A DNA stretch of 64,000 nucleotides from an uncultured bacterium (GTDB lineage Bacteria; Patescibacteriota; Minisyncoccia; Phycocordibacterales; CAIZLB01), in the NCBI GenBank assembly GCA_903936565.1, contig CAIZVZ010000005.1:38315-102314 (forward strand). The letters run 5' to 3'. Of this stretch, positions 59,309-64,000 are shown one piece after another; position 1 is the stretch's first letter; each line of letters opens with the position of its first letter. A model generated the notes under the pieces. It searched no databases. It had not been told where the DNA came from and saw only the letters and a program-made list of their open reading frames with translations. The position numbers and the translations under genes are program-made.

Positions 59309-60820
59309 TTATTTGGCGGTTGTTGTTGATGTGGAGTTTGTACTTGTCCCGTTCTTAACACTGGTTTTTGTATTAGAGGAAGCCTTAGTGCTTTTGGTTG
59401 ATGTGGCTGTTGACGTTGCTTTTTGAGGCTTTTCAATTTGAAGACCCCATAAACTAAGATCCTTTTTGTTTGTAAAAATAAGGTAATCCTCGTTTTTATT
59501 TAATGATATGTTAGTAACATCTACCCCATCCTTTACGGTATCTTTTACTACACATAATAGTTTGTTTTCTAATGTATCAAGGTTTATTTTCCAAATATTA
59601 TCATTGAAGAAAACTAATCCTTGGTACCAAGCATCTGGGTATGGAGCATAAACAATTGATTCACTAGCCGCACAGAATATTGTGTTCTTTTCTAATAACG
59701 ACCAAGTACACTTCTCTGGTAAGGTCCTTATGAAAATATCCTTAATTGAGTTTGTTTTTATGTTTAAAACACTTAGCTTTGTACTTCCATCTATACTTTC
59801 TCCAATTAAGACGTTTTGACCATCAGGAGAAACGAGTGTTGTTAAACCTGGTTGACCCCCAGTAATTCTTTTAAATGACTTTGTTTTTGTATTTATTGAG
59901 TAAGCAAAACCTTCAGAATAAAACGATGGTTTGGTGTTTAGAACCAGCATGTCCTTGTTTGGCCAAGACAATAGCCACTCTCTAAAGGGTGATTTATATA
60001 GATTTATAACACCTGTGCCATCTAATCTACCTATGTTGACCGAAGATCCAACACCTTTTTGCTCAACATAATAAGCAAAAGAATCTCTTTCTGGTGACAG
60101 GGATACTGACAAAAGATTGTATGGTAGGTCTTTTGTAATTAAAGACATTGACGTGGAGGTTGGGGACTCAAATATTGTGGCGCCAAGCCTGGTTTGAATA
60201 TTATCAGAATTACCAAGTAAACCTCTTAATAAAATATTTTCACCCTTTTTGTCAAAAAAAGCCTCGGTAATTCTAGTGTGAGTTGAGTTTGTAATTCTCT
60301 CAACTACTGTTGTTGAAGATTTAGCCTCATATACTCTACCTGTTCCTTTTTCTATATATCTTATGTTTTCTTCTTGGGCTAGTATTTTAGGTTTAATTAC
60401 TGTTGTTTTTTTAGAAGATACTGTTTTCGTTGTTGGTTTTGTAGATGTGGAATTTGTAGATGTTGAGATGTTTTGTTGTAATTGAATTGATGAAGATGAT
60501 GTTGTTGCAACAATATCCCTAATAACGAAAGCTGCACCAGATATGGGGCTGGAGGTAATCATTCTTAAGGGGTTTATCTTTGGGGTAGTTGTAGCTTGGG
60601 GTTGGTCGTTTATATTACCGTTTTCAGGCGGAACATTGTTAGTATTGTCTGTTGGAAGGTCTGTTCTAACACCTCCTATTCCACCAAAAATTGTCTTGTC
60701 GGTCGGTGTAGGTTTTACAGGTGGGGTTGACTTCTGTGTATAAAAATAAAAACCAGCAAGTACACCAAAAGCTATACTGATAATTATTAATATTGTTATT
60801 GTTAACTTTGTTTTAGACAT
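59309..60820 (-). CDS. Membrane-anchored beta-propeller-like hypothetical protein
   Basis: N-terminal TM; T/S-rich linkers; repeated SPE/SPDG-type blades. Confidence 0.65.
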   Translation of the reverse strand: MSKTKLTITILIIISIAFGVLAGFYFYTQKSTPPVKPTPTDKTIFGGIGGVRTDLPTDNTNNVPPENGNINDQPQATTTPKINPLRMITSSPISGAAFVIRDIVATTSSSSIQLQQNISTSTNSTSTKPTTKTVSSKKTTVIKPKILAQEENIRYIEKGTGRVYEAKSSTTVVERITNSTHTRITEAFFDKKGENILLRGLLGNSDNIQTRLGATIFESPTSTSMSLITKDLPYNLLSVSLSPERDSFAYYVEQKGVGSSVNIGRLDGTGVINLYKSPFREWLLSWPNKDMLVLNTKPSFYSEGFAYSINTKTKSFKRITGGQPGLTTLVSPDGQNVLIGESIDGSTKLSVLNIKTNSIKDIFIRTLPEKCTWSLLEKNTIFCAASESIVYAPYPDAWYQGLVFFNDNIWKINLDTLENKLLCVVKDTVKDGVDVTNISLNKNEDYLIFTNKKDLSLWGLQIEKPQKATSTATSTKSTKASSNTKTSVKNGTSTNSTSTTTAK

Positions 60821-60824
60821 TTAT

Positions 60825-61565
60825 TTAAGGTGTTGTTACAGCTGAGGGTGATTGGAATATATCCCCTTCCCCGTTTTTAACTAATTCTGGATTAATGGTG
60901 TAAAGCAAAACATATGAAAATAAAGCTATAAAAAGTCCTGCCAAGGCGGCATTAACCTTCTTTCTTCCAGAGTCTGTTCCTGATACAGAATCTGTTGTTG
61001 CTAATTGAAGTCCGCCGAAGGTAATCATAACAATAGCTAATCCAATAGCCGCCATTACACCCACTCTGTAAACCTTTGAAAAGAATTGGCGAATACCGCT
61101 GGTGGAAAGATCTAAACTCTCCACAGTGTCTCCTCCGGTTCCAGTTATTTTGTCACCAACTAAACCGTTCATTGGTGCAAGTAAACAATAATTCCATTTG
61201 CCGTCTTTTGGTGAGATTCCACAGGTGGCGGATCCTGAAGGTGATGTTTGGTCAAGTAGTGCTTGTGGTTGTTGATTTGGTGTTATAACTGGTGATTGTG
61301 GTGCTATGTATTGTGGTGTCCAGGTTTGAACTCCGTTAATTGTTTGTGGTGCGCCTGTTGGGTTGGGGGGATATCCTGGGTTTGAAAAATTTGGTTGGGC
61401 ATTCCAGTTGGCACCATTTGTAAAATCATTTGGATCTGAAACAATAGCGTGTGTAATGTTGGTTGTATTAAAAATCAAAAAAGAATAACAAAACAAAGAG
61501 ACTATAGAAAGTGTTGATAAAACTTTCATGCCTGAGTTTGTAGTTTTATTATTAAAAATATTCAT
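60825..61565 (-). CDS. CPR-type pilin (TrbC/VirB2-like C-terminal domain)
   Basis: Signal peptide; LAIVMITFGGLQL...GRKKVNAALAGLFIALFSYVLLYTINP. Confidence 0.75.
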   Translation of the reverse strand: MNIFNNKTTNSGMKVLSTLSIVSLFCYSFLIFNTTNITHAIVSDPNDFTNGANWNAQPNFSNPGYPPNPTGAPQTINGVQTWTPQYIAPQSPVITPNQQPQALLDQTSPSGSATCGISPKDGKWNYCLLAPMNGLVGDKITGTGGDTVESLDLSTSGIRQFFSKVYRVGVMAAIGLAIVMITFGGLQLATTDSVSGTDSGRKKVNAALAGLFIALFSYVLLYTINPELVKNGEGDIFQSPSAVTTP

Positions 61566-61629
61566 TACTAATATAATACAATAAATAATGATTGGTGTAT
61601 ATTTAATAACATATACAAAATCAAATTAA

Positions 61630-62715
61630 CTACTTATTGTTAAACAAAAAATCTATAGCGTTCTGAGTCGTCTGCATTATGTGGGTTGGGTTTGACAGGT
61701 CAACCAAAACGCTTGCTAAATCAATCTTTTGAGTATCATTCCTTTTAATTGTTACTGTATTTGTGTTACTTGGAATTTTTATTTTCTCGGAGTTTACATA
61801 CCAAGTATATTCTAAGCCAGAATTTTTATTATCCACACTAAAATTATATGGAAAAACACTTATCTTTGATTCATTTCGGCTTCCAAGGTTTATTCGATTT
61901 GTAAGTGAATAATTAAACATTATTCCGTTGGTTGGGTTATCCTCGTAAAATAATGCGAAAGAGTTTTTGGTTGATAGGGTTGTTTCCCCCACACCTTTTT
62001 TTGATTCTTGTCCAACTGGATATGCTTCCACAGACATATCTTTGTCTAGGGATATTATATCAGCCTTATATTTGAAATAATTTTTACCGTACCCAGAATC
62101 ATCACCCATTACCTCCCTGTCCATACTCCATTTATATACAACATTTGAATCATTAACTCTCGAATTGCCGCTTACAAAGTTTGGTATAGCAACCATTGTT
62201 ACTGATGATTCTGGGGAAAATAAAGCCTTTCCTTTATAGAATGGTGGTGTGTAGGTTTCAGCTTGCCATAATAAATCTACGTTCGAAGGGTTAAAGACAA
62301 ATACCCTTGTAATTTGAGGTTGGTTTCTTGGAAATATATTTAGTGTTATTTTACTCTCCCCCGTTGAACCTACGTTAAAAGAAAGGTTTTTTTTACCAGC
62401 GCCTCTTAAAAACTCCTTCCCGTTAATTATCCACTGTATATCTGTAGAGTTTAGATCTAATCCGTATGTCTCAATTGTGATAGTTACATTGTCATTAGGC
62501 TTTGGAGTTTCCGGAGAAATATTTATATCTAATTGTTGCTTAATTTCTTTCATTTGTGCTGGTAGTGGGGAATTATTAACCCCTAACAGATCAGCAGTTT
62601 GAGCTGTAGCTTTATTGAACAGGTTAAAACCCTCAGATTGACTAAAGGTAAACAACATAAAAACTAAACCAGAAGTTAGAAGAATTTTTATATTTTGTTT
62701 ATTTAATTTAAGCAT
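61630..62715 (-). CDS. Secreted/surface protein with Ig-like repeats
   Basis: Signal peptide; repeated beta-rich W-containing modules (IQWIING, YKWSMD, YTWYVN); YTPPFYKGKA. Confidence 0.65.
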   Translation of the reverse strand: MLKLNKQNIKILLTSGLVFMLFTFSQSEGFNLFNKATAQTADLLGVNNSPLPAQMKEIKQQLDINISPETPKPNDNVTITIETYGLDLNSTDIQWIINGKEFLRGAGKKNLSFNVGSTGESKITLNIFPRNQPQITRVFVFNPSNVDLLWQAETYTPPFYKGKALFSPESSVTMVAIPNFVSGNSRVNDSNVVYKWSMDREVMGDDSGYGKNYFKYKADIISLDKDMSVEAYPVGQESKKGVGETTLSTKNSFALFYEDNPTNGIMFNYSLTNRINLGSRNESKISVFPYNFSVDNKNSGLEYTWYVNSEKIKIPSNTNTVTIKRNDTQKIDLASVLVDLSNPTHIMQTTQNAIDFLFNNK

Positions 62716-62801
62716 CCTATTAATTATCCTATTAATTATACATTGAAAATAACTTTTTGTTTAGATTTTATACACAAATATATAAAAATCACAAAAAGAA
62801 T

Positions 62802-63260
62802 TTATTTTTTTGTCATGGACATCGCTTTTTGAACCTTATTTGCAACAGCTGCACCCCCCGGTATTTTATCAGATAAACCCGCAACCATTGGCCCGAGATT
62901 TAAAATAACAGCCAACATAAAGGTTGGAATAATACTTACAAAAGGAACAAATTTAGCCAAGTCACATCCGCCAAATTTTAATACATTCTTAAGGTGAAAT
63001 TTAACACCAAGCGCTAAATAAATAAGGATTAAAATTATAGAACTTAGTCCCCAGCCTATAAGTGGAACTAAACCAAGTATATCCAAACATAAACCGACGA
63101 TTAGCATTATAATGAAGGTTGTCATTGTAATTTCCTTTTCACCCTCACCTGCACTTGATACTTCTGGATAATCTTCACTGTCAAAATCACTGGAGGAGTC
63201 CCGCCCAAGATGTCCTCCTGTTGATAAGCGATGTTGTGCTCTAGCTTGCCTTTCGTTCAT
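62802..63260 (-). CDS. Hypothetical membrane protein
   Basis: 152 aa with several TM segments. Confidence 0.65.
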   Translation of the reverse strand: MNERQARAQHRLSTGGHLGRDSSSDFDSEDYPEVSSAGEGEKEITMTTFIIMLIVGLCLDILGLVPLIGWGLSSIILILIYLALGVKFHLKNVLKFGGCDLAKFVPFVSIIPTFMLAVILNLGPMVAGLSDKIPGGAAVANKVQKAMSMTKK

Positions 63261-63358
63261 TATATATATATTAGCAGACTAATTACTAATAAAAAAGGGA
63301 TTTACAAACTAGTTTGTAAATCCGCTTTTAAATAATTAACAATATCTCCGTTGGTCTT

Positions 63359-64000
63359 TTAAATACTTTGTTTAAGATTACTCATCTCTGTTGCTCTTTG
63401 TTCTGCTAATTCCGCCTTTTCTTTTTTGATTTGTAAAACTTCAGATGGTTTTGATGTAATAATTTGGTTTTCTGTGTATGATGCGATGACTTTGATTGCC
63501 ACATGCTTAAGTCCTGCAAAGAACATTCCCTCTCCAACATCCGATTCAAGAAGAAGATATTTTTCTTCGTCTGTTAAATTAAAGGTTTTTTGGACAATAT
63601 CTATTGAAGACGGAGACTGTTTTAATAGGATTTGAATAGAGGAGTTGGAAATAATTGGTAATCCATAAGGAGATTTTAGGAAGTCTTCAACGTCTTGTGT
63701 AATTGTTGCAAGGCCTAAATAATACTTTCTTCCTCTCTTTGCTAATCCAAGTAAGAATGACGCGGTGTCCTCAGATTTCATCAGGTACCACGCCTCGTCA
63801 ATAACTAAAAGTCTCTTCTTTAATTCTTTTCTAATAGCATTCCAAATGTGGTGCATAACTATATACATCGCAACAGGCTTCAATTCCTCCTCCATGTCTC
63901 GGAGTGAAAAAACAACGAATTTCTTATTAATATCTATATTTGAAGGCCTATTAATGAATCCAGCCCATGTTCCTTTGGTATACTTTGTTAATCTCTGGGT
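63359..64000 (-). CDS. VirB4-like ATPase (5' part beyond the window)
   Basis: Walker B LLVIDEAW, KRGRKYYLG, ITQDVEDF, GEGMFF; frame continues upstream of the tracked ATG toward the window end. Confidence 0.85.
   Translation of the reverse strand, partial: TQRLTKYTKGTWAGFINRPSNIDINKKFVVFSLRDMEEELKPVAMYIVMHHIWNAIRKELKKRLLVIDEAWYLMKSEDTASFLLGLAKRGRKYYLGLATITQDVEDFLKSPYGLPIISNSSIQILLKQSPSSIDIVQKTFNLTDEEKYLLLESDVGEGMFFAGLKHVAIKVIASYTENQIITSKPSEVLQIKKEKAELAEQRATEMSNLKQSI

Noticed and set aside
1-64000. Many 60-160 aa ORFs antisense to or nested in real genes (e.g. 715-1200, 18948-19313, 44321-44671, 53683-54057, 57942-58151)
   Set aside because: Shadow frames of well-supported genes; 57942-58151 is the antisense of rpmH
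1-64000. CRISPR array, integrase, transposase or prophage
   Set aside because: No regularly spaced repeats or recognisable motifs seen
1-64000. Alternative genetic code (TGA recoding, as in Gracilibacteria)
   Set aside because: Conserved genes translate full length in the standard code with no in-frame TGA

Overview
AT-rich chromosomal segment of a reduced-genome bacterium, most consistent with Patescibacteria/CPR (Parcubacteria). The basis is the eukaryote-type GlyRS and IleRS, secE-nusG-rplK without rplA, the pilM/N/O and PilB genes, and a CPR-type VirB4/pilin cluster. It is mostly housekeeping: recA, efp, rpsF-ssb-rpsR, four aminoacyl-tRNA synthetases, folD, undecaprenyl-phosphate genes, ruvABC, polA, mutM, a class A PBP, the dnaA/dnaN/rpmH/rnpA/yidC origin region, and seven tRNAs. 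I saw no CRISPR, integrase, transposase or prophage. The most notable observations are: (1) a ~172-nt 6S-like structured RNA between pilB and ruvB; (2) a 163-bp structured element after tRNA-Arg(TCT) that duplicates the tRNA 3' end and carries an antisense T-arm; (3) pervasive -10 boxes 6-10 nt before start codons, implying leaderless mRNAs; (4) three promoter/hairpin-leader/small-ORF/terminator cassettes; (5) a histidine-phosphatase domain inserted in IleRS; (6) a YqgF-tRNA-binding OB fusion; (7) a G10 tract that frameshifts a hydrolase. All calls are from motif recognition by eye; no database search or folding program was run. Several starts were moved downstream of the ORF track where a -10 box and homologue-like N-terminus supported it.
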